Numbered from the stretch's first letter, positions 28,830 through 44,378 are shown. The stretch is 64,000 bases of DNA from Trichosphaerium sp. ATCC 40318 (GCA_038496445.1 JALMLS010000017.1:124001-188000); one strand, 5' to 3'. Program-made: numbers and translations. Notes: generated by a model not told the origin, from the letters alone.

Positions 28830-29217
28830 CACTGATTAGCAAAAGTTAATGATCTGCAACAAACCTCCCTACTTTACAACACACAGTACAAACTACATCG
28901 TAGGCAATGTCGATTCTTCATGAAAAAAGTTGGTGTCACTAACAAACGAAACGAAATGTATATAAGTTTACGCAAGCTTAATCTAGTAGCAATATGCATT
29001 GGGTTTACAACCCTATGTCGAAAAGGCGCTTAATACCTACTACACTAACGGCGTTGATTCAGCTATCTAAATACAAGTCTACTGACAACTGTAAAACAGT
29101 CTTCTTTTGTCTTATGCATACCCCAAAAAAATCACAACATCCCCAGTCATGCGCCAATACAAACCCTACGATATTTTTTGCACCCATGGTATATGCAACG
29201 ACGTATTTACTCTACGT

Positions 29218-30249
29218 ATGATAGTTGTATTTCAACTTTTTGTTCTTGTTTGGTTATGTTTTAGACCATCTTTGTTGAACCAAAACACTGACCTTGAGCT
29301 CTTCGACAAAGTGCCAAATATATTTTCTTTGGTTCAGTTTAACATACGTAATGGAAATCTCGACGATCCCAATCTCCCTAAGCAGCCTGGAGAAACAGTG
29401 TGGCCAAGAAAAATGGCGTACAAAAACTCGGAAAAAAACACGTGGACATTACGAAGACCTCTCGTTAAGCACATCCTAAACAAATACAAACCGACCATCA
29501 TTGGCACCCAAGAAGGAACAGTCACGCAGTTGGATGATATAGTAAGAGATATTCCTTCGTACTACGGATACGTAAGGACAGGTAGGAGACCTTTGCATCC
29601 ATACGGAGAACAAACAAACTATTGGAATGAATTTATAGCAATTTTCTATGATATGAGGAAGCTCTCTCTTGTTGATTACGGTACTTTCGCTCTATCTAAT
29701 AAGCCTCAAGAATTCCCCTCTTACTTTAAAGGAGAAAAATGGAATAGGATAGCAATGTGGACAGCGTTTGAATCTCCTTTTTCACGTAAAGAGAACAGAC
29801 GACTTGTTTATATTTGTACTCATCTTTCGAGAAACAAGAAACACTTTGACGTTATATTTGACTTTATTGCTTATTATACCGAGCAACAAAAGGGATCTGG
29901 GTATCTTGAGCCGTATTACATTATCAGTGGAGACTTTAACGATGCACAAGGAGTCGGAAAGAAGTTGTATAAATACATGAAAAAAAGAAGAAAAGAAACA
30001 AGAATTGATGATTGCTTACCTTTAGTTGAGAACACGTATTCTTCTCATGGTTTTAACGGTGCTCGCTTTATAGAGTTAAAACCAGAGGAAGAGCACAATG
30101 AAAGAATGTTTCACATGATAGATTGGGTTCTATGCAGTGACAACTTCCGTAGGGATCATCCAAGAAAAAGATTTGAAATGGATACGTATCATGTTGGTGA
30201 TACATACCCATCTGATCACTACCCGCAATATGTTGAATTCGGAGACTAA
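29218..30249 (+). CDS. Endonuclease/exonuclease/phosphatase (EEP) family protein with signal anchor, intronless
   Basis: FNIR, IIGTQE, THLS, ISGDFN, IDWVL, YPSDHYP motifs; hydrophobic N-terminus MIVVFQLFVLVWLCF. Confidence 0.9.
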   Translation: MIVVFQLFVLVWLCFRPSLLNQNTDLELFDKVPNIFSLVQFNIRNGNLDDPNLPKQPGETVWPRKMAYKNSEKNTWTLRRPLVKHILNKYKPTIIGTQEGTVTQLDDIVRDIPSYYGYVRTGRRPLHPYGEQTNYWNEFIAIFYDMRKLSLVDYGTFALSNKPQEFPSYFKGEKWNRIAMWTAFESPFSRKENRRLVYICTHLSRNKKHFDVIFDFIAYYTEQQKGSGYLEPYYIISGDFNDAQGVGKKLYKYMKKRRKETRIDDCLPLVENTYSSHGFNGARFIELKPEEEHNERMFHMIDWVLCSDNFRRDHPRKRFEMDTYHVGDTYPSDHYPQYVEFGD

Positions 30250-30617
30250 CACGTTGTTAAATATTAATAAAATGTAACCACACGTGCCAGAAACTAATTT
30301 AATAAGGTACGATAGAAGACACTACTTTTGTGCGTTGGCGAAACAAATAAACAATTTTCAAAAAAAAACATCTTTTGTTGTCCACAGCTATGACAGACAT
30401 TTAATGAACAAGAGCTTAGACTGCAAACCTGTATCAATATAACTAAATTGTATCCATGAGGTTTTTGATAATCTGATGAGATATGTAAATCTGTTCTCTT
30501 TTTGTAGAAAACCATATCCAATTTTGGCAAAAACTGCCCAAGAAAGGTTGCAACTTTCCTCATTTCTCAATTGACTATTTTTCAAGAAAAACACCTAATA
30601 AGCACCACGTAGGGAAA

Positions 30618-31157
30618 ATGCACTTACTAGCTTTATTGTGTGTCTTATTCTGCACCGGTATTCTCGCTAACGACTGTTACTCCCACGATAAGTCCTGCAC
30701 GGAGTGTACGGCCGATCCAGCTTGCGGTTGGTGCAAATCTACGACGAACTGCTACGGCGGTAACAAATTGGGTCCTACCAACCCCTTTCAGCCTTGTGAC
30801 AAGTCCTCTTGGGCGTATGCGCCCGGAAATTGCGCTATAGACCTGTTCGAGGGTGTGGCGTACAAGGAGACAAAGGTCGCACAAGGAACTTACAATTATT
30901 ATACCTTTGATGTGGAATACCCTGAAGACGACATTCTGCTTAGGTTGATTTCCGGATTTGGCAGAACACAAAGACTATACGCCTCTTTCAAGTACAGGGA
31001 GCCTCGTTCTAACCGACACACATGGAAGGGATCGTGGAAGGGTAGTTTTCTTCAAATACGTGTCAACTCAACGGAGAATGAACACAAACCGCTCTACATT
31101 GGTGTGTTCAACGCCAACTCATACGAGTTTTCTATTGAGGTCATCTCGCCTCCATAA
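30618..31157 (+). CDS. Secreted PSI-domain protein with C-terminal beta-sandwich (PPC-like) domain, intronless
   Basis: Signal peptide; CYSHDKSCTECTADPACGWCKSTTNC...C..W...C; YNYYTFDV...LYIGV...YEFSI. Confidence 0.75.
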   Translation: MHLLALLCVLFCTGILANDCYSHDKSCTECTADPACGWCKSTTNCYGGNKLGPTNPFQPCDKSSWAYAPGNCAIDLFEGVAYKETKVAQGTYNYYTFDVEYPEDDILLRLISGFGRTQRLYASFKYREPRSNRHTWKGSWKGSFLQIRVNSTENEHKPLYIGVFNANSYEFSIEVISPP

Positions 31158-31313
31158 ACAACCAACAATAAATTTCTTGTTAGCATAAAGTTGCTTCAGT
31201 TCTGGTATCCACTATTGACATATGTAATAGAGTGTTTCTTAAACCAAATGAAAACACGTGTGTTTGGAATTCGTTTTCTATTTTTTTTTTATCTAAAAAT
31301 ACATTTTTTGTTT

Positions 31314-34300
31314 TTACGTCTTTGATGGTGCTACAATGATAGAATGCGTCCTAGTTTTTATGTCTCCAACTGCTTTAAGGATATCTGTAAAAGTAGGTCG
31401 CTTAGTCTGATCTGCATGCCAACAATCTTCTATTAACACGTGCAAATCAGGATGCACCTAAAAGAAGAAAACTTAGAACAAATAGGTCTGTGGCATAGAA
31501 GGACGTTACCCAAGTTGGTACTACTGGACGTAATCCCTCATTAACAACCTTAAAGGCAACTTGCATAGGATCAAGATCGCTGTAAGGACCCTGAATATCA
31601 TTTCTTAGTTTAAAAAACCTCAAACGTCTAAAATAAACTAACCTGTCTTGAAATTACTTCCCAAGCTACAATACCAAAAGAAAACACATCAGCTAATGCT
31701 GAATACGCTAAAATAACAGTAAATAAACAGTAAAACATTAACATATTAGCCATAAGCAAAACATACCTGAACCTTTGATAACCTCAGGTGCCATCCTAGT
31801 AAAAGTATAAGAAATCTATCCGATATTTTGAAAAAGAAGAAAAAGAAAGATAAATCAAAGAAATAACAGAGGTAAGAGTTGTACCATTGGTAAGTCCCTT
31901 TTTTAGCTGTCATATACTTTTGATAAGTCTTACTTAATCCAAAGTCTGTTATCTTTATACGATACCCAGCATCAACCTATTAATAAGTGAGATTAAAATC
32001 TTGGGATAAATAGATAAAAAGAAGCTAGCTTGTTGTACCAGTAGGTTCAATGTTTTTAAATCTCGATGGATGATTGGTGGATTTCTACCGTGTAAATATG
32101 CCATTCCTTTAGAAATATCAACCAAGAAACCAAGCATTTGAGTCCAAGAAATCTAGTAAGAAACTATGTATCAGTAACTTGAACAAAAACCACCAAAAGA
32201 ATATTTAGGTTTTATTTTTTGAAATGAGATTTAGCCAAGTGCTAGACGGATCTTCATGACTAAAGAAGACCCACGAAAAAACTTGGCATTAAGGTGCATA
32301 CGCACGCAAAATACTACAAAAACCCAACGTACATAAACATCTCTTCTGTGAAGCATACTAAAAAGAGAACCATAGAGAAGCTCTGTAACAACCCATAATT
32401 CTTGGCCAGGCGCACAAATACCCTAAAAAAGAAAAGAGTTAATTAAAAACCAAAATTAATGTTAAACAAAACGCAAGAAGAAGAAAGCCTATTCATGTTG
32501 TTTGTTAACGTACAAGTAATTGAATAATATTAGGATGATGAAGTTTTTTCATAAGTGATACTTCTCGTCTTATATCCTCTTGTTCGGCCTCTGATACTTG
32601 GCTTAATTTAAGCTTCTTCACTGCTACGTCTATTGAACTTTATTAGAATTACCTTCACATTTTACTTTGTGCGTACCAGTGCCATGCCACGCTGCTTTAT
32701 AAACAGTAGCAAAAGTACCTTTGCCTATTTCTTTTCCAACAACAAGTTCAGATTGATCAATATTCCATTCATTGTAATCACTCGCACTCTCAGCTGCAGT
32801 AGGTGTAGTGGTGCCAGTATTGTGTGTAGGCGTTAAAGGTGTAACACCTATTCTCCTAATTTGTTCCGCAAGTTGAGACATATCTAAACAACAGTTAACT
32901 CAAGTAAATCTCCAAGTATTGTATTGTAGTACCTGGTCGGTAATAAGGAGACTGAACCGGATTTGGGGAGTCAAGGTGGGATAGTAATCCTTGAGAAGAC
33001 TGTGCACTTGTAGGCGTAAGAATTGGTGTAGATTTTGGCGCTACAAATATAGGTGTTGGTACAGCAGCGCGAGATGGTGAGTTTCCATAATTCACAAGTA
33101 CATGAGGTTGAGATGATTGTGCTTCCATTGGTTTAGAGCTATTTGATATATCATGATAAGCTGCCTTGCGCAAGTTAGAACGTTGGCGCTGTCCTTGTTG
33201 ATGCATAGTAGGAGCTGGTTTGTGGCTCGTTGCAGTAGATTGTTGTGGTTGCAAGATTGGCTGTTGTTGAATGGGTTGTGTTCGCAAAGAAGGTGGTTGC
33301 GTATGAAGACGCTGTGGAGGAGCTTGATAATGTGATTGATGGACGTTGCCATCAATTTGGGCTGAGTCCATAGGTTGTTGATAATGTTGTTGGTGTGAAG
33401 GCTGTTGTGGTTGTTGTGGTTGCTGTGGTTGAAGTAGCGAACCTTGGCGAGACTGTTGCAGGTGCTGAGGTTGCTGTGGTTGATGGAGCGGATGTATCGC
33501 TTGTGATTGGATGTGTGTAGGAGACTGGCGATTTGCTTGCTGCGAAGCAAGGAGCGGCGGTTGGTACTGAGATGGGTTGCTCTCTGCCTGCGCAGGACGT
33601 GTCTGATGTATTGGTGGAGTCTGCTGGTAGTGTTGATGTGAGTCATTATGAGATTGAGCAGCGTAAGACATCGTGCGAGGAGGATGCGAATGAGAGTGAG
33701 GCTAGCAATGGTTAGCATTTACAGCTACCTTGTGCGCTTATTACCTGATGCCCGTATGTAGCATAAGAACTCGTCCTTTGCTGTTGGTGTTGTTGTTGAT
33801 GCGTTGTAGCGTTACGCATGTTATTAGAGACTGGCTGCGCTGCGTAGCTATTGCGTATGTCGCCACTATTACTGTTTTAGTCAATAAGTATTGTTTTGTG
33901 GGCGTTACCCGAGAAATGGTACTCCAGCGGGTACGTTCGCATAGGCATTCGCAGGGGATGATTGTGTAAGTCGCGCGTGCTTTGAAGCCTGTTGCGCGTT
34001 TGTTTGTATAGGGATCGGGTCCATCATGTTATCCATCTGTTCTAATGAGTATTTTGAATGCCTCTTTTATAAAAGCGTACAGCAAGGCCATAGATATACC
34101 CAGAATCTCCTCGATTTCCATATTCTTCACGCGGAGCGTATTGTTGCTTATAGAATTAGTTTTGGATCGTTTTTCATCCGCTTACTTGTTGTTGTTGCTG
34201 AGGCTGTTGTTGTGGCTGTCTAGAGTACCCAGATTCATCTATAAGCGGGTACAAAGGGCGAGAACCTCATGAATCTTCTTAAAACTAGTTTACAAAACAA

Positions 34301-34327
34301 ATACGCACCCCCAGGATTTGGTTGCAT
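31314..34327 (-). CDS. TKL-family (Raf/CTR1-like) Ser/Thr protein kinase with long Gln/Pro/His-rich N-terminus
   Basis: EIGKGTFATVY, VAVKKL, HPKYIQ, DISKGMAYLH...IIHRDLKTLNLL, ITDFGLS, GTYQWMAPEV, DVFSFGIVAWE, CWHADQTKRPTF. Confidence 0.92.
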
Positions 34328-34538
34328 ATACCTCAGTGACTAGAGCCCATTTATTGCTTTAATGCAAAAACTACGCAACCTTAACGGAAACCAGTTCAGT
34401 CTCGTGTGGAATTTCAATTGTTTATTGTGTAACAGTGAACCAAAAAGATCTGCTAGCGCTATCGTGTAACACAATCCAAAACAGGAGGTGCTAAATAACA
34501 TGTAGTAATATTTTTACTTTTGAAAAAAACCTCAATTT

Positions 34539-36472
34539 TTACACTATCTCTTCTTCGCATTCTTGCTCTACTTCTGTGCCAAAATACCTGTCTCCAAAAT
34601 TTCCCATACCAGGCATAATATAACCGAGATCATTTAGCTTGTTATCAGCTAAAAGAGATAGAGTGAGTATCAAGTAAGAAGAAAACACCAAATCAAATCT
34701 GGTTTTTGTAACACGTACTTTCACAAGTGACAACACGCACGCGAGGGTACATGTACGACAAATAGTGTAATCCATACATCGACGAAATAAAATTGACAAA
34801 AATGATATTCTCCTAAATTGGAGTAAGGCCATCGAGTCAATAAAATAAAAACTGAAAAAAAAAAAAATATGAAAATGCGTACTTGTAGTACTCCATGATC
34901 AAGTAGTAATCTACAACCAAAGTTAATTTATAATTAATTAACATATCTTACCTGATAGCCATAACAAGGCTAGCTCCTGTGCCGAGCATTGGATCCATCA
35001 ATAAAACAATTCTATCCTTAAGGTTCGCCGCTTTAGGAAAACTGTAGTAAAATAGCTAAAAGTATTAGTATCTTACCAACATTGAATTGTACCTTTGGTG
35101 CTCTTGTCTTATCGGATTGGATGAGAATTTTTAAAATTGGACAATTCCTACAAACTTTACCAAGCGCTGGTAACAGGGCGTCACCAGCACGAACAACACT
35201 AGCTGCACAAATCTGAAAAAACAAAACTTAGGTATAGTTTTCAAATAAGTTCCCACCTTCGAAGTTACTTGTACACCCTTGTACGTTGCTTCGGTAGGAC
35301 TAATAACATCAACATCTTTAAACTCAACCAAGTTAAGAGCCTTAAAATCAATTAAGAACAAGGTGAATGATATAAAGCATACCTCTTCTAAAACTAAGCG
35401 TGAGAGTCTATCTGAATAAAATACAAAGTCATCTCTGGATGTGTCTTTATCTCTCAACATAGTCAACATTGTTTGAACCTATCCACAAGCATTATTAATA
35501 CCTTTGCTTCAACATATAGTGAGTTGTACCTGTGTCTTGCCTTGCAATACATAAACATTCTTTGGCATAGTAGAAGGTACTTCTTCACCTCCGAAATCAG
35601 GTGCCCATCCACGTTGTCGTAATTGATCACGCACGTGAGTTACAATCACAGAAATTGCAACTGAAATAATGAATCAACTTGTAAATGATCATCACAACGA
35701 GCTGTACCTGTGTTTTCAACACCACGAGGGACTACTACATCTGCGTACTTTCTGAGCTAGTATTTGTAAGATATTTATATATACTTCTCCTTTACGCAAC
35801 TGGAGAAATATAATTATCATAAGCTGGCTTTACAAACTTAAGATACTGATTTAGAATCCCCTCCAAAGACCTACCACGGGATGCCATATCACGTCTAACT
35901 ATAACGAAACTTAAGCAAATGATATTAGTCCTCTCAGAGACGTACTCCTGCGGACCAGACAGATATCGGTTTCTGTGTCAACAAAGATTTTGATGTCCAT
36001 TAAATCACGAAGTTTTTGAGACCAGAAGGTCATAATCCCTTCAAATATAATAACATCTGCACCATAGACTCTTGTAGTAGTTTCCAAGCGCTGATGCGTT
36101 ACAAATGAGTATTGAGGCATCTCAACTGCCTGTCCTTGCTTCAAAGAGTAGATTATTTTCGCAGCAAGCTCAAAATCGAAAGCGTCAGGGTGATCAAAGT
36201 TGTATGTAGAACTATCAACGCCTGGTCCCAATCCTTTGTAAAAATTGTCTAAACTGACTGATGACACCCAAGGCACATTGAGCGCTTTAATTATTGCTCT
36301 AGCGCATTAAGGATGTATAATATAAGATAATAAAACAGTTTGGTAGCGGATACGTGCAAACGGATGTTTTACCAGATCCACTCGCGCCAGTTACCCCAAT
36401 GACAAGCGGTCGTTTAATAGAACCCTCAGAATCGTACCATGGAGGTCTTCCGTCAGTGTAGACAGTTTTCAT
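34539..36472 (-). CDS. Uridine-cytidine kinase / uracil phosphoribosyltransferase bifunctional protein (UCKL1-like); start may lie further upstream
   Basis: GRPPWYD, IGVTGASGSGKTSV, LDNFYKGL, NFDHPDAFD, IFEGI, KIFVDT, VVVPRGVENT, RDDFVFYSDRL, LMDPMLGTGAS, GYIMPGMGNFGDRYFGT. Confidence 0.93.
36299..36353 (-). other. Candidate U12-type GT-AG intron (uridine kinase)
   Basis: Donor GTATCCGC; branch TCCTTAAT 5 nt before the terminal AG; phase 2. Confidence 0.55.
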
Positions 36473-36651
36473 CTTATTGGTGGCTAATTTAAAACGCTTT
36501 GGTTGCGTAGGAGGCTTCTGAACGAGAACTACAAAGTGAACACCGCTGACTTTGGACGCTTCGATAATGTCGGCCAGATTCGCTTATTCAGTTTTTACTG
36601 GCAAACTAATCCATAAATAACTGCCACATTTACAGTGGGCAGTACAATATT

Positions 36652-39336
36652 ATGGCTATGGAGCTTGCGGTACCTCCCATACATAAACACGCCTCTGATG
36701 GTCAGTAACGCGCTATCATACACTACTAAGCGTCTACAGGCAATAAAGAGGGATTAATAGAAGAACTCGACAAGGGAGTCGATATAAATAAGCTTGATGA
36801 TCAAGGAAATACAGCACTGCATCAAGCAGCGCTAAACGGTAATAAAAAAAAAATACAAAAATGCGCAATTATTCTAAACACAGCAGGTCATTTGGACATT
36901 TGCAAATACCTTCTAAAGTCGAAAAACATACTTATTCTACCTAACCATCGCGCTTCAACGCCTCTACATTATCTTGGTACCTCCTAATTATCTTCTTTCT
37001 ATTTGCTCTAAATACCAGTAGTACGCAAAAGACCAAAGAACAAGCGCGAAACAGGCAATTTAAAACGTATTATGAAACGCTTGGTCCAACGTGCGCTACT
37101 TACCCAAGCCCCTTCAAATGACCTTAAAATGCACGTATAGGCCTTGATATTAACCACACGAATCGTTCTGGCGAAGCAGCAATGCACGAAGCTGGTTTAG
37201 GTGGAAATTTAGAAGCAATCATACTGCTGTTACAATATGGTGCTGATATTAACATACAAACAAAGTACGTCATTTAACGTTGGTGTGAAGGGCATTACGA
37301 GTTAAACTATCAAATTGTAGGCGAGGAGAAACACCACTACATTATTGTGCTAGATCGAATAGTCTTCAAGCTGCACAAGAGATATTGAGTAAAGTGTCTA
37401 AACCTGATTATGTTGACATTAAGGTACCTACACTCTACAAAACAAAAAAAAATGTCAAAAAGTGTCAAAAAAATGACAGGCGACATTTGTCTCATGTGGT
37501 TTTTTTTGAAATTCATCTCGTTTGTATGGCTTTTCGTAATGTTAATTTTTTTAAGGGCATCAATGGATCTGCTATTGATATTGCACGTACTGCAGGATAT
37601 ACACAACTTTCAAAGTTTTTAGAAGGTGATATTTTATTTGGTTTACTTTCTGTGATGCAGTTATTTAACAAGTTTTAGAATGGAAGGGTGAGCGTCAGGA
37701 AATAAGGCAGTCATTAATATTTCCACGTGAATTGTGGTTAAAATTGTACAACTTAACAGTTTTTTTTCTGGTATTTTTTGTAACACTATGTCATTAGTTT
37801 CTCCTTTCTTGGTCCAGAAGAGCTCGTTGAAGCATGTTTTGTATGTAAAGAATTACAACGCATTGCATCAGATGAAGAACTAGTACGGATATATCTACAG
37901 TAGTGGGTCTTTATAATGAACTTTGTTCTAGTGGCGTAACTTGAGAAATAGATATACATGGGATTTAATTGAGTGTAGTATTCCTCCACCAAATCACTTA
38001 CCACAACGTACATAGTAAATATTCTTGTAACACATTTTAGTTTAACATGAAATGTTTTATTTAGAGTTTAAAGAACCTCCACCAGAGCATAACTTTAAAG
38101 GGTTTTGGTTACAACAACAAAAACAGATTTTTCAAGAAATCAGAGGGCGCATACCTATTTCCCTTGATATGAAATCAGGTGTATGTAATACAGTGTTTTC
38201 TTTTGATATTATAATGTACTATGTTCTAATATTTAAATAGAAACCATCTGAAGTTAACACAATTTCAGGGGGTACTTCGTACGCACAAAAATTTATTGAT
38301 GTTTTGTTCAATGTTTCAATTTACTAATTGGAGATTCGTTGCGTTAGTAAATCAAAGCGTAACTCTACAAGAAAAACAGTTCGTATTCAAGTTCTTGGTT
38401 ATGAAGCTTCTGGTAAAACATCACTAATACAACGGTTTTGCGTAAGACGAAGTAAAAAATGACGTGTCACTAATGAGATAATTTCTTTAGAAAAACAAGT
38501 TTTCTTCAATCGGAAACAATAAGAGGGTAACGCTCAACATTATTAACTTATATATGATTTGACTAATTATTAGGAAACTACAAGGATGGCTTTCATAAAT
38601 GACAGTACTGTACTAAGTCTGCATGTACTGGACTGTCCTAGGGTAACTTTTTTTTTTTTGAGAACATATATAAGTATTTTGTACTTACTTTGGTTAAAGG
38701 ATGCTATTGGTAATCACCGTTATAATTTTAGTTATCGTGTTCAAGGATATATTTTTGCATTTGATAGCACACAGAGAGCGTCTTTTGAGCGCATGAAACG
38801 TTGGATAGAAAATTTGTACAGATATAGGGATGATACTAATTTTTGCATTATTGTAGCAGGTACGCTAATTGTTTTTTGGTTTTGTGAAGATGTATGGTTT
38901 TGAATTAATGAACGGTTTATTTTAGGCACAAAAACAGATATGGTTTCAAAAAGAGAAGTTTTATTTGACGAAGCAAAAGTACTTACCTTTTTTTTTTTTG
39001 AGCATACAACTTTGTTCACATCATTCATGCTGTCGCTTGTATTTTTCTTCTCCTACAATATCAAACGACCATAAATGTCGCCAAGATAAATATCACATTA
39101 TTGTGGTGTGGTAGGTGAAGTAGCAGCAAGTTTGAATGATGTGAACTGTGGCATTGTAACAATCTTTGGATGAACTCTTTTTTTTTTTTTGAATTTCCAC
39201 TAAGTTCATTTTTTAGCATTACTGTGAAACACTTTATATGACTTATATTGAGACTTCAGCGAAAACAGGTCGTAATGTTGAACTTTTATTCAAATTGATG
39301 GCATCATTTGTATTGAATGAGATACTCTATTTATGA
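36652..39336 (+). CDS. Ankyrin-repeat / F-box / Rab-like small GTPase fusion protein
   Basis: ANK (GNTALHQAA, GEAAMHEA, GETPLHYCA); F-box (IFPRELWLKFFSFLGPEELVEACFVCKELQRIASDEEL); GTPase (VLGYEASGKTSLIQRF, ASFERMKRW, GTKTD, YIETSAKTGRNVELLF). Confidence 0.8.
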
Positions 39337-40110
39337 ATTCGTGGAGAGAAAAAGAAAAAAAAAAAAGAAAAAAAAAAGAAAAAGTCTCTTTTTTTTGTTT
39401 AGCTGGTTTTTGTACTTTTATAAACACTTATTTATCACTCCACTGTATCTCCAAAAACGTCTTTGTACTGTTTTTAAACTCATATCCAAAAATAATAGTG
39501 CACTGATATAGCTACAATTCTTTTTTTGTTCAATCAAATCAGAATTCCAGTCGCACGTGAATTCCTCCTTGTCCGCGAATTTTTTTAACATTTACGTGGT
39601 TATAACGTACATATGCTGGCGCATACGTTATGATTGTTTGTTTCGCTTTCTGAGTTTTTTGTCTGGCAATATCAGTATTGCTCGCTGTCTGAACTGTAAG
39701 CAACGGTTTTTACGTACTCAGTTGCTATTTACTGCGAAATTCTAGTATCCGTGTCATGTTAGTTGGAAGTATTGTGTATAAAATTGTCAACAATCAAGGA
39801 GCGTATACTCTTGTAGTATCTTAGCGCGTACAGATTAGATAAAACTCACATCTGTTTTGACATTGGTTTTCCTTCTAATTTTAGTAGAAAACGTCTTTAT
39901 GACCCACAGTGGTTCTATACGAGCGTGTATTCTCAGTTTGTTCAATTTAGGCGGAAAATCCAAGTCATGCGTTTAGTTTAAAAAAAAACTCCGCTTTGAT
40001 CATCAACGATAATGGTGTGTTACTGAATTCACAAATCAACACGAAAACCCAAAACAAGCCTCTAGAAATTTGCCTGAATTTCGCAAAAACATTATTAACG
40101 CATCGACACT

Positions 40111-42182
40111 ATGTCTAAAGTTCTTCTTTATGGTATATACCTTATCCTTACTTGTGTACTAATACTTTGCAGTCCTGCTATGGGCAGTACTATTCACCGC
40201 TCCGGTGTACGGAGGAATACTTTTATTGGGACAAGGAAACGCTACAGAATCGTTTCCTGCTGTTGGATTGGAATTCGGAGACAATGATATCAATTTTGCG
40301 CCTTTTAATGCAACTATTGTCCTTCACGATGCAGAAAACGTAACAGGCAAGTGCTATAGAGTGAAATAAAACGTTATCTAATAATCTAACAATCATTTAG
40401 GTCGTCTGGTAGTTGTAAGGTATCCTAGAGACCGTGACCAGTTCGAAGAGTATGAAAAACGCGGTGCAATTGGTCTAGTAGAGTTCACAAAAGATATACA
40501 AAGTAGCGAACTGGGAAGAGTTATGTACTTTGTTTTCGGTACAATCCTTTCTAAATTACACTTGAGACAAGTATACGTTATGCTATCATCATACTAACAC
40601 CCTTCTTTCTCGTTTTAGCTCGTCATCCAACATTTAAACTCCCTGTTGTTTCTACAAATACATTTTCTGCTGATACATTCGCTAAATACAATGCAACAGA
40701 ATTATTTGTGACAGTTTCACCAGGTAACGAACTTTTTTTCTTTTTTTCATTTTTTCTTAAATAGCCTCTAATGGTGCCTATTAGACGAGAATGACTGGTA
40801 TAAGGTATTTGAGGGAGGTTTATGGCATTTTTACCAGGCTTCGGAGCTTCTTATGGACCTTGCATCTATTATTTTCGGCATTTACAGTTATGTTATGTTT
40901 GTTAGCATTGATAGAGGCCTGAGGTTCTCTATACCTCAAGTAGCTATTTTTTTTGAAATAATTCATTCAATAATCCGTTTTATCGGTCATATTGATCCAT
41001 TAGGAAGGTAAGTCAATAGTCTTTACAACTACGCAAAAGAAAAAAACGATTATTGCGCACATAACCGAATTACACGCGATATTTTAGAAACTCTCGTTAT
41101 TTCCGATTTTCTTGATGACTTCTCTTCTTACGTTTTCTCTTTTTATAGTCGTCGTATCTTTCCTGTATGGTTTGTAGAGATATCCTATACAATCTACTTT
41201 CCTTTTATTCTTGCTGGACAACTATTGATTGCCTTGTATTGGCATGATATTCTAATTCAGACTTCATTGGATGTATCAAACTTTTTGACAAAACTTAAAT
41301 GGCCTTGGTTTATACTTCTTGGTGTCATTTCAATCATTGAGATTGTAACGTCTTCTTTACGTGCATATTTCTTTGTTGTAGACGGTACGTAATTATTTGT
41401 GGTGTCGAGCACGTGGGCTCCCCGACATCAAAAACTTAAGATTTTACTTTACTTATTTCGGGTTTTTCTTTTGTAGGTATCTATCCTTTCTACCTTATTA
41501 TTGCAAATGGTGCATCATGGGTTCTAGTAGCTCTTGGTTTACTTATATACTTTGTTATCATCTCATTCAAGATATGGCTGAAAGTAAGAGAGATGGTATC
41601 TAAACAAAGTAAAGTACTTAAAAAGGTAACGTTTTTCAAAAAAAAACCAAAATATTTTTTGAATCACTTTTCACGTTTTATTTGATGAGTCTGATTTCTT
41701 GTATTTTTGTAGTTGGGACACCGTATTATTGCTGTTGGAGCAATATTGTTCTTGGGAGTAGTTCTAATTTTCTACCGTGCAACTTGTACGTAATCTTTTA
41801 TCGAATAGATTTTCATGTTTTTATGTGAATAACAGTTCATCTGATTACTGTTTTTAGGGGAAGCTATTAACCCAGTACTTGAGAGTGTATATTGGTGGTT
41901 AGGTTCGAACTTACTATGGAATGCACTAGCTATTGTAACTGTATACAGGTATGAAAACAAATAGGATTTTATGATGTTGCCCGTACTAATGATTTTTTTA
42001 GTTTCGATCCAAAGAAATACGCTGTAACAATGTCTTCTGCTGAGTCTCGTAAACAGCTTGGTAGAAAGTCTATCAAATCAAAAGATGAATCAACAGCATT
42101 CGCTTCACCTAGAACCAGCTCAGAAGAAGGAGAGGTAGAGATGGACGAAGTTTGTCCACCGCGAACCATTGAAATCCTCTAA
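40111..42182 (+). CDS. Signal peptide + PA-like domain + ~7 TM helices (GPCR-like membrane protein)
   Basis: NVTGRLVVVRYP...RGAIGLV...LPVVST (PA-like), then hydrophobic helices incl. HIDPLG, LLIALYWHD; Ser/acidic cytoplasmic tail. Confidence 0.7.
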
Positions 42183-42589
42183 AAACCCCAAACAAACCAT
42201 TTTTCTTGTTCAACAAAAAAATCAAAAAATTACCTAAATTGACAAAAATCTCCTACCTCCTACTTTTCAAGAACAAATAATTTGGATAGTAGAAATGGCT
42301 TAATCATGTAGTATTTTTGTACAACCCAAAAATTTGCAACTGTGGAGTTCTCGCTGTACAGTATTAATTTAAATTAAAAAAAATTCAATAAAGTTCAATT
42401 TGGCTAGCACAGTACTACTCTTTATCGTGCTAAGGTACAAAGAAGTAACAATGAAAACTTGGTCAGACTACCCTCCAACTTCTTTAGAGACGAGCTAGTT
42501 GTTTTTTTGCCTTTTGTGAAGAACTACAACGTTTTTGAAGCAGAGAAAACTAAGGAAGACAGTTTTTACGCAAATGGATTGGTTTTTTT

Positions 42590-44378
<1,789 letters not shown>

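Noticed and set aside
30294-30563. 89-aa ATG ORF on the minus strand
   Set aside because: No recognisable motif or intron structure; may be chance
33092-33969. Overlapping alternative-frame ORFs in the kinase N-terminus
   Set aside because: Shadows of CAA-rich Gln/Pro low-complexity coding sequence
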